From positions 137,764,001 through 137,828,000 of the forward strand of contig OZ024743.1 in assembly GCA_964016885.1 (NCBI GenBank): a stretch of DNA of 64,000 nt. Reading direction: 5' to 3'. Position 1 is the stretch's first letter, and each line of letters opens with the position of its first letter. This DNA is from Eledone cirrhosa (lineage: Eukaryota). The notes beneath the pieces are model-generated. The model did not search any database. It was given only the letters and a program-made list of their open reading frames with translations, and had not been told where the DNA came from. This document shows positions 43,430-58,389 of this stretch, one piece after another. Made by a program: the position numbers and the translations under genes.

Positions 43430-46400
43430 AACACCAAGCACCAAACACCAAACACCAAGCACCAAGCGCCAAACACCAAGCACCAAGCACCAAGCACGAA
43501 ACACCAAGCACCAATCACCAAACACCAAACACCAAGCACCAAACACCAAACAGCAAACACCAATCACCAAACACCAAACACCAAACACCAAACACCAATC
43601 ACCAAACACCAAACACCAAACACCAAACAGTAAACACCAAACACCAAACAGCAAACACCAAACACCAAACACCAAACAGCAAACACCAAACACCAAACAC
43701 CAAATAGCAAACACCAAACAAACAGCAAACAGCAAACACCAAGCAGCAAACACCAAACAGCAAACACCAAACACCAAACACCAAATAGCAAACACCAAAC
43801 AGCAAACACCAAACAGCAAACACCAAACAGCAAACACCAGACAGCAAACAGCAAACACCAAACACCAAACACCAAGCACCAAGCACCAAACACCAAGCAC
43901 CAAGCAACAAGCACCAATCACCAAGCACCAAGCACTAAACACCAAACACCAAGCACCAAGCACCAAGCACCAAACAGCAAGCACCAAGCACCATGCACCA
44001 AACGCCAAGCACCAAGCACCAAACACCAAGCACCAAGCACCAAGCACCAAACACCAAGCACCAAAGACCAAGCACCAAATACCAAGCACCAAGCACCAAA
44101 CACCAATCACCAAGCACCAAGCACCAAACACCAAGAACCAAGCACCAATCACTAAACACCAAACACCAAGCACCAAGCACCAAACACCAAACACCAAGCA
44201 CCAAGTACCAAACACCAAACACCAAACACCAAGCACCAAGCACCAAATCCCAAGCACCAAACACCAAGCACCAAGCACCAAACACCAAACACCAAGCACG
44301 AAGCACCAAGCATCAAATACCAAACACCAAACACCAAGCACCACACATCAAACACCAAGCACGAAGCACCAATCGCCAAGCACCAAGCACCAAGCAATAA
44401 ACACAAAGCACCAAGCACCAAGCACCAAGCACCAAGCACCAAGCACCAAACACCAAGCACCAAGCACCCAACACCAAACACCAATCACCAAGCACCAAAG
44501 AGCAAACACGAAGCCCCAAGCACCAAACACCCAACACCAAACACCAAACATCAAACACCAATCACGAATCACAAAACACCAAACACCAAACATCAAACAC
44601 CAATCACGAATCACCAAGCACCAAACACCAAACACCAAGCACCAAGCACCAAGCACCAAACACCAAACACCAAGCACCAAGCACTAAACACCAAACACCA
44701 AGCACCAAACACCAAGCACCAAGCACCAAGCACCAAGCACCAAGCACCAAACACCAAGCACCAAGCACCAAACAGCAAACACCAAGCACCAAACACCAAA
44801 CACCAAGCACCAAGCACCAAACACCAAACACCAAACACCAAGCACCAAGCCCCAAGCACCAAACACCAAGCACCAAGCACCAAACAGCAAACACCAAACA
44901 GCAAACACCAAACACCAAACACCAACAAGCAAACACCAAACACCAAACACCAAACAGCAAACACCAAACAGCAAACACCAAACAGCAAACACCAAACACC
45001 AAACACCAAACAGCAAACACCAAACACCAAACACCAAGCACCAAGCACCAAGCACCAAACACCAAACACCAAGCACCAAGTACCAAACACCAAACACCAA
45101 GCACCAAACACCAAACAGCAAACGCCAAAAAGCAAACGCCAAACCCCATACGCCAAACAGCAAATGCCAAACCCCAAACGCCAAACAGCAAACGCCAAGC
45201 ACCAAACACCAAACACCAAGCGCCAAGCACCAAACACCAAACACCAAGCACCAAGCACCAAACACCAAACACCAAGCACCAATCACCAAACACCAAGCAC
45301 CAAGCGCCAAGCACCAAACACCAAACACCTAGCACCAAGCACCAAGCACCAAACACCAAGTACCAAACACCAATCACCAAGCCCCAAGCACCAAACACCA
45401 AGCGCCAAGCACCAAACACCAAACACCAAGCACCAAGCACCCAGAACCAAGCACCAAGCACCAAACACCAAGCACCAAGCACCGAGCACCAAACACCAAG
45501 AACCAAGCACCAAGCTCTAAACACCAAACACCAAGCACCAAGCACCAAACACCAAACACCAAACACCAAACACCAAACACCAAACAGCAAATGCCAAAAA
45601 GCAAACGCCAAACCCCAAACCCCAAACGCCAAACACCAAGCGCCAAGCACCAAACACCAAACACCAAGCACCAAGCACCAAACACCAAACACCAAGCACC
45701 AAGTACCAAACACCAAACACCAAGCACCAAACACCAAACAGCAAACGCCAAAAAGCAAACGCCAAACCCCATACGCCAAACAGCAAATGCCAAACCCCAA
45801 ACGCCAAACAGCAAACGCCAAGCACCGAACACCAAACACCAAGCACCAAGCACCAAACACCAAACACCAAGCACCAAGCACCAAACACCAAACACCAAGC
45901 ACCAATCACCAAACACCAAGCACCAAGCGCCAAGCACCAAACACCAAACACCTAGCACCAAGCACCAAGCACCAAACACCAAGTACCAAACACCAATCAC
46001 CAAGCCCCAAGCACCAAACACCAAGCACCAAGCACCAAACACCAAACACCAAGCACCAAGCACCCAGAACCAAGCACCAAGCACCAAACACCAAGCACCA
46101 AGCACCGAGCACCAAACACCAAGTACCAAGCACCAAGCACTAAACACCAAACACCAAACACCAAGCGCCAAGCACCAAACACCAAACACCAAGCACCAAG
46201 CACCAAACACCAAACACCAAGCACAAATCACCAAACACCAAACACCAAGCGCCAAACACCAAACACCAAACACCTAGCACCAAGCACCAAGCACCAAACA
46301 CCAAGCACCAAACACCAAGCACCAAGCACCAAGCACCAAGCACCAAGCACCAAACACCAATCACCAAGCCCCAAGCATCAAACACCAAGCACCCAGCACC

Positions 46401-48050
46401 AAACACCAAACACCAAGCACCAAGCACCCAGAACAAAGCACCAAGAACCAAACACCAAACACCAAGCTCCAAGCACCAAACACCAAACACCAAGCACCAA
46501 GCACCAATCACCAAACACCAAACACCAAGCACCAAGCACCAAACACCAAACACCAAGCACCAATCACCAAACACCAAGCCCCAAGCGCCAAACACCAAAC
46601 ACCAAACACCTAGCACCAAGCACCAAGCACCGAACACCAAGCACCAAACACCAAGCACCAAGCACCAAGCACCAAGCACCAAGCACCAAACACCAATCAC
46701 CAAGCCCCAAGCACCAAACACCAAGCACCAAGCACCAAACACCAAACACCAAGCACCAAGCACCCAGAACCAAACAGCAAACACCAAACACCAAACAGCA
46801 AACACCAAACAGCAAACACCAAACAGCAAACACCAAACAGCAAACAGCAAACAAGCACCAAGCACCAAACAGCAAGCACCAAGCACCAAACAACAACACC
46901 AAGCACCAAGCACCAAACACCAAGCACCAAGCACCAAACACCAAGCACCAAACACCAAACACCAAGCACCAAGCGCCAAACACCAAGCACCAAGCACCAA
47001 GCACGAAACACCAAGCACCAATCACCAAACACCAAACACCAAGCACCAAACACCAAACAGCAAACACCAATCACCAAACACCAAACACCAAACAGCAAAC
47101 ACCAATCACCAAACACCAAACACCAAACACCAAACAGTAAACACCAAACACCAAACAGCAAACACCAAACACCAAACACCAAACAGCAAACACCAAACAC
47201 CAAACACCAAACAGCAAACACCAAACAAACAGCAAACAGCAAACACCAAGCAGCAAACACCAAACAGCAAACACCAAACACCAAACACCAAATAGCAAAC
47301 ACCAAACAGCAAACACCAAACAGCAAACACCAAACAGCAAACACCAGACAGCAAACAGCAAACACCAAACACCAAACACCAAGCACCAAGCACCAAACAC
47401 CAAGCACCAAGCAACAAGCACCAATCACCAAGCACCAAGCACTAAACACCAAACACCAAGCACCAAGCACCAAGCACCAAACAGCAAGCACCAAGCACCA
47501 TGCACCAAACACCAAGAACCAAGCACCAATCACTAAACACCAAACACCAAGCACCAAGCACCAAACACCAAACACCAAGCACCAAGTACCAAACACCAAA
47601 CACCAAACACCAAGCACCAAGCACCAAATCCCAAGCACCAAACACCAAGCACCAAGCACCAAACACCAAACACCAAGCACGAAGCACCAAGCATCAAATA
47701 CCAAACACCAAACACCAAGCACCACACATCAAACACCAAGCACGAAGCACCAATCGCCAAGCACCAAGCACCAAGCAATAAACACAAAGCACCAAGCACC
47801 AAGCACCAAGCACCAAGCACCAAGCACCAAACACCAAGCACCAAGCACCCAACACCAAACACCAATCACCAAGCACCAAAGAGCAAACACGAAGCCCCAA
47901 GCACCAAACACCCAACACCAAACACCAAACATCAAACACCAATCACGAATCACAAAACACCAAACACCAAACATCAAACACCAATCACGAATCACCAAGC
48001 ACCAAACACCAAACACCAAGCACCAAGCACCCAGAACCAAGCACCAAGCA
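43430..48050 (+). repeat. ~3.4-3.5 kb-offset duplication (~43.4-44.65 kb recurs at ~46.9-48.05 kb)
   Basis: ORFs 43599-43931 vs 47106-47438 (3507) and 44152-44484 = 47533-47865, 44313-44561 = 47694-47942 (3381); doubled CAATCACGAATCAC landmark in both. Confidence 0.85.
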
Positions 48051-49529
48051 CCAAACACCAAGCACCAAGAACCGAGCACCAAACACCAAGAACCAAGCAC
48101 CAAGCACCAAACACCAAGCACCAAGCACCAAGCACCAAACACCAAGCACCAAGCACCAAACACCAAACACCAAGCACCAAACACCAAGCACCAAACAGCA
48201 AGCACCAAGCACCAAGCACCAGACACCAAGCACCAAGCACCAAACACCAAACACCAAGCACCAAGCACTAAACACCAAACACCAAGCACCGAGCACCAAC
48301 CACCAAGCACCAAGCACCAAGCACCAAGCACCAAGCACCAAACACCAAGCACCAAGCACCAAACAGCAAACACCAAGCACCAAACACCAAACACCAAGCA
48401 CCAAGCACCAAACACCAAACACCAAACACCAAGCACCAAGCCCCAAGCACCAAACACCAAGCACCAAGCACCAAACACCAAGCACGAAGCACCAAGCACC
48501 ATGCACCAAACACCAAGCACCAAGCACCAAACAGCAAACACCAAACAGCAAACACCAAACACCAAACACCAACCAGCAAACACCAAACACCAAACACCAA
48601 ACACCAAACACCAAACAGCAAACACCAAACAGCAAACACCAAACACCAAACACCAAACAGCAAATGCCAAAAAGCAAACGCCAAACCCCAAACGCCAAAC
48701 AGCAAATGCCAAACCCCAAACGCCAAACAGCAAACGCCAAGCGCCAAACGCCAAACACCAAGTGTCAAGCACCAAACACCAAACACCAAGCACCAAGCAC
48801 CAAGCACCAAACACCAAACACCAAGCACCAAGTACCAAACACCAAACACCAAGCACCAAACACCAAACAGCAAACGCCAAAAAGCAAACGCCAAACCCCA
48901 TACGCCAAACAGCAAATGCCAAACCCCAAACGCCAAACAGCAAACGCCAAGCACCAAACACCAAACACCAAGCGCCAAGCACCAAACACCAAACACCAAG
49001 CACCAAGCACCAAACACCAAACACCAAGCACCAATCACCAAACACCAAGCACCAAGCGCCAAGCACCAAACACCAAACACCTAGCACCAAGCACCAAGCA
49101 CCAAACACCAAGTACCAAACACCAATTACCAAGCCCCAAGCACCAAACACCAAGCGCCAAGCACCAAACACCAAACACCAAGCACCAAGCACCCAGTACC
49201 AAGCACCAAGCACCAAACACCAAGCACCAAGCACCGAGCACCAAACACCAAGAACCAAGCACCAAGCTCTAAACACCAAACACCAAACACCAAGCACCAA
49301 ACACCAAACACCAAACACCAAACACCAAACAGCAAATGCCAAAAAGCAAACGCCAAACCCCAAACGCCAAACAGTAAATGCCAAACCCCAAACGCCAAAC
49401 AGCAAACGCCAAGCGCCAAACGCCAAACACCAAGCGCCAAGCACCAAACACCAAACACCAAGCACCAAGCACCAAACACCAAACACCAAGCACCAAGTAC
49501 AAAACACCAAACACCAAGCACCAAACACC

Positions 49530-52500
49530 AAACAGCAAACGCCAAAAAGCAAACGCCAAACCCCATACGCCAAACAGCAAATGCCAAACCCCAAACGCCA
49601 AACAGCAAACGCCAAGCACCGAACACCAAACACCAAGCGCCAAGCACCAAACACCAAACACCAAGCACCAAGCACCAAACACCAAACACCAAGCACCAAT
49701 CACCAAACACCAAGCACCAAGCGCCAAGCACCAAACACCAAACACCTAGCACCAAGCACCAAGCACCAAACACCAAGTACCAAACACCAATCACCAAGCC
49801 CCAAGCACCAAACACCAAGCACCAAGCACCAAACACCAAACACCAAGCACCAAGCACCCAGAACCAAGCACCAAGCACCAAACACCAAGCACCAAGCACC
49901 GAGCACCAAACACCAAAAACCAAGCACCAAGCACTAAACACCAAACACCAAGCACCAAGCACCAAACACCAAACACCAAGCACCAAACACCAAACAGCAA
50001 ACGCCAAAAAGCAAACGCCAAACCCCATATGCCAAACAGCAAATGCCAAACTCCAAACGCCAAACAGCAAACGCCAGGCACCAAACACCAAACACCAAGC
50101 GCCAAGCACCAAACACCAAACACCAAGCACCAAGCACCAAACACCAAACACCAAGCACCAATCACCAAACACCAAGCACCAAGCGCCAAGCACCAAACAC
50201 CAAACACCTAGCACCAAGCACCAAGCACCAAACACCAAGCACCAAACACCAATCACCAAGCCCCAAGCACCAAACACCAAGCACCAAGCACCAAACACCA
50301 AACACCAAGCACCAAGCACCAAGGACCAAGCACCAAACACCAAGCACCAAGCACCGAGCACCAAACACCAAGAACCAAGCACCAAGCACTAAACACCAAA
50401 CACCAAGCACCAAGCACCAAACTCCAAAAACCAAGCACCAAGCACCAAGCACCAAACACCAAACGCCAAACACCAAACACCAAGTACCAAGCACCAAACA
50501 CCAAGCACCAAGCGCCAAAGACCAAACACCAAGCACCAAGCACGAAACACCAAGCACCAAGCACCGAGCACCAAACACCAAGTACCAAGCACCAATCACC
50601 AAACACCAAGCACCAAGCACCAAACACCAAACACCAAGCACCAAGCACCAAGCATCAAGCACCAAGCACCAAACACCAACCACCAAGCACCAAATACCAA
50701 ACACAAAACAACAAGTACCAAGCACCAAACACCAAACACCAAACACCAAACACCAAGCACCAAGCACAAGACACCAAGCACCAAGCACCAAGCACCAAGC
50801 ACCAAGCACCAAAAACCAAGCACCAAGCTCCAAGCACCAAACACCAAGCACCAAACACCAAACACCAAGCACCAAGCACCAAACACCAAGCACCAAGCGC
50901 CAAACACCAAACACCAAGCACCAAGCACCAAACACCAAGCACCAACCACCAGGCACCAAACACCAAGCACCAAGCACCAAGCACCAAGCACCAAGCACCA
51001 AACACCAAGCACCAAGCACCAAACAGCAAACACCAAGCACCAAACACCAAACACCAAACACCAAGCACCAAACACCAAGCACCAAGCCCCAAGCACGAAA
51101 CACCAAGCACCAAGCACGAAACACCAAGCACCAAACACCAAGCACCATGCACCAAACACCAAGCACCAAGCACCAAACAGCAAACACCAAACAGCAAACA
51201 CCAAACAGCAAACACCAAACAGCAAACACCAAACAGCAAACACCAAACAGCAAACGCCAAAAAGCAAACGCCAAACTCCAAACGCCAAACAGCAAATGCC
51301 AAACCCAAACGCCAAACAGCAAACGCCAAGCACAAAACACCAATCACCAAGCGCCAAGCACCAAACACCAAACACCAAGCACCAAGCACCAAACACCAAA
51401 CACCAAGCACCAAGTACCAAACACCAAACACCAAGCACCAAACACCAAACAGCAAACGCAAAAAAGCAAACGCCAAACCCCATACGCCAAACAGCAAATG
51501 CCAAACCCCAAATGCCAAACGGCAAACGCCAAGCACCAAACACCAAGCGCCAAGCACCAAACACCAAACACCAAGCACCAAGCACCAAACACCAAACACC
51601 AAGCACCAATCACCAAACACCAAACACCAAGCGCCAAACACCAAACACCAAACACCTATCACCAAGCACCAAGCACCAAACACCAAGCACCAAACACCAA
51701 GCACCAAGCACCAAGCACCAAGCACCAAACACCAATCACCAAGCCCCAAGCACCAAACACCAAGCACCCAGCACCAAACACCAAATACCAAGCACCAAGC
51801 ACCCAGAACAAAGCACCAAGCACCAAACACCAAACACCAGGCTCCAAGCACCAAACACCAAACACCAAGCACCAAGCACCAAGCACCAAACACCAAACAC
51901 CAAGCACCAATCACCAAACACCAAGCACCAAGCGCCAAACACCAAACACCAAACACCTAGCACCAAGCACCAAGCACCGAACACCAAGCACCAAGCACCA
52001 AGCACCAAGCACCAAGCACCAAACACCAATCACCAAGCCCCAAGCACCAAACACCAAGCACCAAGCACCAAACACCAAACACCAAGCACCAAGCACCAAA
52101 CACCAAACACCAAGCACCAAGCACCAAGCACCAAGCACCAAACACCATACACCAAACAGCAAACGCCAAAAAGCAAACGCCAAACCCCATACGCCAAACA
52201 GCAAATGCCAAACCCCAAACGCCAAACAGCAAACGCCAAGCACCAAACACCAAACACCAAGCGCCAAGCACCAAACACCAAACACCAAGCACCAAGCACC
52301 AAACACCAAACACCAAGCACCAATCACCAAACACCAAGCACCAAGCGCCAAGCACCAGACACCAAGCACCAAGCACCAAACACCAAACACCAAGCACCAA
52401 GCACTAAACACCAAACACCAAGCACCAAGCACCAAGCACCAAGCACCAAACACCAAGCACCAAGCACCAAGCACCAAGCACCAAACACCAAGCACCAAGC

Positions 52501-55500
52501 ACCAAACAGCAAACACCAAGCACCAAACACCAAACACCAAGCACCAAGCACCAAACACCAAACACCAAACACCAAGCACCAAGCCCCAAGCACCAAACAC
52601 CAAGCACCAAGCACCAAACACCAAGCACGAAGCACCAAGCACCATGCACCAAACACCAAGCACCAAGCACCAAACAGCAAACACCAAACAGCAAACACCA
52701 AACACCAAACACCAACCAGCAAACACCAAACACCAAACACCAAACAGCAAACACCAAACAGCAAACACCAAACAGCAAACACCAAACACCAAACACCAAA
52801 CAGCAAACGCCAAAAAGCAAACGCCAAACCCCATACGCCAAACAGCAAATGCCAAACCCTAAACGCCAAACAGCAAACGCCAAGCACCGAACACCAAACA
52901 CCAAGCGCCAAGCACCAAACACCAAACACCAAGCACCAAGCACCAAACACCAAACACCAAGCACCAAGCACCAAACACCAAACACCAAGCACCAATCACC
53001 AAACACCAAACACCAAGCGCCAAACACCAAACACCAAACACCTATCACCAAGCACCAAGCACCAAACACCAAGCACCAAACACCAAGCACCAAGCACCAA
53101 GCACCAAGCACCAAACACCAATCACCAAGCCCCAAGCACCAAACACCAAGCACCCAGTACCAAACACCAAACACCAAGCACCAAGCACCCAGAACAAAGC
53201 ACCAAGCACCAAACACCAAACACCAAGCTCCAAGCACCAAACACCAAACACCAAGCACCAAGCACCAAGCACCAAACACCAAACACCAAGCACCAATCAC
53301 CAAACACCAAGCACCAAGCGCCAAACACCAAACACCAAACACCTAGCACCAAGCACCAAGCACCGAACACCAAGCACCAAGCACCAAGCACCAAGCACCA
53401 AGCACCAAACACCAATCACCAAGCCCCAAGCACCAAACACCAAGCACCAAGCACCAAACACCAAACACCAAGCACCAAGCACCAAACACCAAACACCAAG
53501 CACCAAGCACCAAGCACCAAGCACCAAACACCATACACCAAACAGCAAACGCCAAAAAGCAAACGCCAAACCCCATACGCCAAACAGCAAATGCCAAACC
53601 CCAAACGCCAAACAGCAAATGCCAAGCACCAAACACCAAACACCAAGCGCCAAGCACCAAACACCAAACACCAAGCACCAAGCACCAAACACCAAACACC
53701 AAGCACCAATCACCAAACACCAAGCACCAAGCGCCAAGCACCAGACACCAAGCACCAAGCACCAAACACCAAACACCAAGCACCAAGCACTAAACACCAA
53801 ACACCAAGCACCAAGCACCAAGCACCAAGCACCAAGCACCAAACACCAAGCACCAAGCACCAAGCACCAAGCACCAAGCACCAAACACCAAGCACCAAGC
53901 ACCAAACAGCAAACACCAAGCACCAAACACCAAACACCAAGCACCAATCACCAAACACCAAACACCAAGCGCCAAACACCAAACACCAAACACCTATCAC
54001 CAAGCACCAAGCACCAAACACCAAGCACCAAACACCAAGCACCAAGCACCAAGCACCAAGCACCAAACACCAATCACCAAGCCCCAAGCACCAAACACCA
54101 AGCACCCAGCACCAAACACCAAACACCAAGCACCAAGCACCCAGAACAAAGCACCAAGCACCAAACACCAAACACCAAGCTCCAAGCACCAAACACCAAA
54201 CACCAAGCACCAAGCACCAAGCACCAAACACCAAACACCAAGCACCAATCACCAAACACCAAGCACCAAGCGCCAAACACCAAACACCAAACACCTAGCA
54301 AAAAGCACCAAGCACCGAACACCAAGCACCAAGCACCAAGCACCAAGCACCAAGCACCAAACACCAATCACCAAGCCCCAAGCACCAAACACCAAGCACC
54401 AAACACCATACACCAAACAGCAAACGCCAAAAAGCAAACGCCAAACCCCATACGCCAAACAGCAAATGCCAAACCCCAAACGCCAAACAGCAAACGCCAA
54501 GCACCAAACACCAAACACCAAGCGCCAAGCACCAAACACCAAACACCAAGCACCAAGCACCAAACACCAAACACCAAGCACCAATCACCAAACACCAAGC
54601 ACCAAGCGCCAAGCACCAGACACCAAGCACCAAGCACCAAACACCAAACACCAAGCACCAAGCACTAAACACCAAACACCAAGCACCAAGCACCAAGCAC
54701 CAAGCACCAAGCACCAAACACCAAGCACCAAGCACCAAGCACCAAGCACCAAGCACCAAACACCAAGCACCAAGCACCAAACAGCAAACACCAAGCACCA
54801 AACACCAAACACCAAGCACCAAGCACCAAACACCAAACACCAAACACCAAGCACCAAGCCCCAAGCACCAAACACCAAGCACCAAGCACCAAACACCAAG
54901 CACCAAGCGCCAAAGACCAAACACCAAGCACCAAGCACGAAACACCAAGCACCAAGCACCGAGCACCAAACACCAAGTACCAAGCACCAATCACCAAACA
55001 CCAAGCACCAAGCACCAAACACCAAACACCAAGCACCAAGCACCAAGCATCAAGCACCAAGCACCAAACACCAACCACCAAGCACCAAACACCAAACACA
55101 AAACAACAAGTACCAAGCACCAAACACCAAACACCAAACACCAAACACCAAGCACCAAGCTCCAAGCACCAAACAGCAAACACCAAGCACCAAACACCAA
55201 ACACCAAGCACCAAGCAACAAACACCAAACACCAAGCACCAAACACCAAGCACCAAGCCCCAAGCACGAAACACCAAGCACCAAGCACGAAACACCAAGC
55301 ACCAAGCACCAAGCACCATGCACCAAACACCAAGCACCAAGCACCAAACAGCAAACACCAAACAGCAAACACCAAACAGCAAACACCAAACAGCAAACAC
55401 CAAACAGCAAACACCAAACAGCAAACGCCAAAAAGCAAACGCCAAACTCCAAACGCCAAACAGCAAACGCCAAGCACCAAACACCAAACCCCAAACGCCA

Positions 55501-58350
55501 AACAGCAAACGCCAAGCACCAAACACCAAACACCAAGCGCCAAGCACCAAACACCAAACACCAAGCACCAAGCACCAAACACCAAACACCAAGCACCAAT
55601 CACCAAACACCAAGCACCAAGCGCCAAGCACCAGACACCAAGCACCAAGCACCAAACACCAAACACCAAGCACCAAGCACTAAACACCAAACACCAAGCA
55701 CCAAGCACCAAGCACCAAGCACCAAGCACCAAACACCAAGCACCAAGCACCAAGCACCAAGCACCAAGCACCAAACACCAAGCACCAAGCACCAAACAGC
55801 AAACACCAAGCACCAAACACCAAACACCAAGCACCAAGCACCAAACACCAAACACCAAACACCAAGCACCAAGCCCCAAGCACCAAACACCAAGCACCAA
55901 GCACCAAACACCAAGCACGAAGCACCAAGCACCATGCACCAAACACCAAGCACCAAGCACCAAACAGCAAACACCAAACAGCAAACACCAAACACCAAAC
56001 ACCAACCAGCAAACACCAAACACCAAACACCAAACAGCAAACACCAAACAGCAAACACCAAACAGCAAACACCAAACACCAAACACCAAACAGCAAACGC
56101 CAAAAAGCAAACGCCAAACCCCATACGCCAAACAGCAAATGCCAAACCCCAAACGCCAAACAGCAAACGCCAAGCACCGAACACCAAACACCAAGCGCCA
56201 AGCACCAAACACCAAACACCAAGCACCAAGCACCAAACACCAAACACCAAGCACCAATCACCAAACACCAAGCACCAAGCGCCAAGCACCAAACACCAAA
56301 CACCTAGCACCAAGCACCAAGCACCAAACACCAAGTACCAAACACCAATCACCAAGTCCCAAGCACCAAACACCAAGCACCAAGCACCAAACACCAAACA
56401 CCAAGCACCAAGCACCCAGAACCAAGCACCAAGCACCAAACACCAAGCACCAAGCACCGAGCACCAAACACCAAGAACCAAGCACCAAGCACTAAACACC
56501 AAACACCAAGCACCAAGCACCAAACACCAAACACCAAGCACCAAACACCAAACAGCAAACGCCAAAAAGCAAACGCCAAACCCCATATGCCAAACAGCAA
56601 ATGCCAAACTCCAAACGCCAAACAGCAAATGCCAGGCACCAAACACCAAACACCAAGCGCCAAGCACCAAACACCAAACACCAAGCACCAAGCACCAAAC
56701 ACCAAACACCAAGCACCAATCACCAAACACCAAGCACCAAGCGCCAAGCACCAAACACCAAACACCTAGCACCAAGCACCAAGCACCAAACACCAAGCAC
56801 CAAACACCAATCACTAAGCCCCAAGCACCAAACACCAAGCACCAAGCACCAAACACCAAACACCAAGCACCAAGCACCAAGGACCAAGCACCAAACACCA
56901 AGCACCAAGCACCGAGCACCAAACACCAAGAACCAAGCACCAAGCACTAAACACCAAACACCAAGCACCAAGCACCAAACACCAAACACCAAGCACCAAG
57001 TACAAAACTCCAAACACCAAACACCAAGCACCAAGCACCAAATCCCAAGCACCAAACACCAAGCACCAATCACCAAACACCAAACACCAAGCACCAAGCA
57101 CCAAACTCCAAAAACCAAGCACCAAGCACCAAGCACCAAACACCAAACGCCAAACACCAAACACCAAGTACCAAGCACCAAACACCAAGCACCAAGCGCC
57201 AAAGACCAAACACCAAGCACCAAGCACGAAACACCAAGCACCAAGCACCGAGCACCAAACACCAAGTACCAAGCACCAATCACCAAACACCAAGCACCAA
57301 GCACCAAACACCAAACACCAAGCACCAAGCACCAAGCATCAAGCACCAAGCACCAAACACCAACCACCAAGCACCAAATACCAAACACAAAACAACAAGT
57401 ACCAAGCACCAAACACCAAACACCAAACACCAAACACCAAGCACCAAGCTCCAAGCACCAAACAGCAAACACCAAGCACCAAACACCAAACACCAAGCAC
57501 CAAGCAACAAACACCAAACTCCAAGCACCAAACACCAAGCACCAAGCCCCAAGCACGAAACACCAAGCACCAAGCACGAAACACCAAGCACCAAGCACCA
57601 AGCACCATGCACCAAACACCAAGCACCAAGCACCAAACAGCAAACACCAAACAGCAAACACCAAACAGCAAACACCAAACAGCAAACACCAAACAGCAAA
57701 CACCAAACAGCAAACGCCAAAAAGCAAACGCCAAACTCCAAACGCCAAACAGCAAATGCCAAACCCAAACGCCAAACAGCAAACGCCAAGCACAAAACAC
57801 CAAACACCAAGCGCCAAGCACCAAACACCAAACACCAAGCACCAAGCACCAAACACCAAACACCAAGCACCAAGTACCAAACACCAAACACCAAGCACCA
57901 AACACCAAACAGCAAACGCAAAAAAGCAAACGCCAAACCCCATACGCCAAACAGCAAATGCCAAACCCCAAATGCCAAACGGCAAACGCCAAGCACCAAA
58001 CACCAAACACCAAGCGCCAAGCACCAAACACCAAACACCAAGCACCAAGCACCAAACACCAAACACCAAGCACCAATCACCAAACACCAAACACCAAGCG
58101 CCAAACACCAAACACCAAACACCTATCACCAAGCACCAAGCACCAAACACCAAGCACCAAACACCAAGCACCAAGCACCAAGCACCAAGCACCAAACACC
58201 AATCACCAAGCCCCAAGCACCAAACACCAAGCACCCAGCACCAAACACCAAACACCAAGCACCAAGCACCCAGAACAAAGCACCAAGCACCAAACACCAA
58301 ACACCAAGCTCCAAGCACCAAACACCAAACACCAAGCACCAAGCACCAAG
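49530..58350 (+). repeat. ~6.5-6.7 kb-offset duplication (~49.5-51.9 kb recurs at ~56.1-58.35 kb)
   Basis: ORFs 49934-50161 = 56492-56719 and 50029-50211 ~ 56587-56769 (6558); 50389-50595 ~ 57070-57279; private variant CCCCATATGCC at 50023 and 56581. Confidence 0.85.
51540..54870 (+). repeat. Tandem higher-order repeats with 1386-bp and 952-bp offsets
   Basis: ORFs 51659-51910 / 53045-53296 / 53997-54248 and 52030-52323 = 53416-53709; CACCTAT landmark at ~51653, ~53039, ~53991. Offsets are exact multiples of 7. Confidence 0.85.
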
Positions 58351-58389
58351 CACCAGACACCAAGCACCAAGCACCAAACACCAAGCACC

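Larger units (their letters stand above)
32100..44700 (+). repeat. ~9 kb-offset duplication (~32.1-35.7 kb recurs, with indels, at ~41.5-44.7 kb)
   Basis: Landmarks 34133/43083; A13 tracts 33749/42691; ORFs 34613-34945 vs 43599-43931 and 35007-35414 vs 43993-44400 (offset 8986). Confidence 0.85.
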
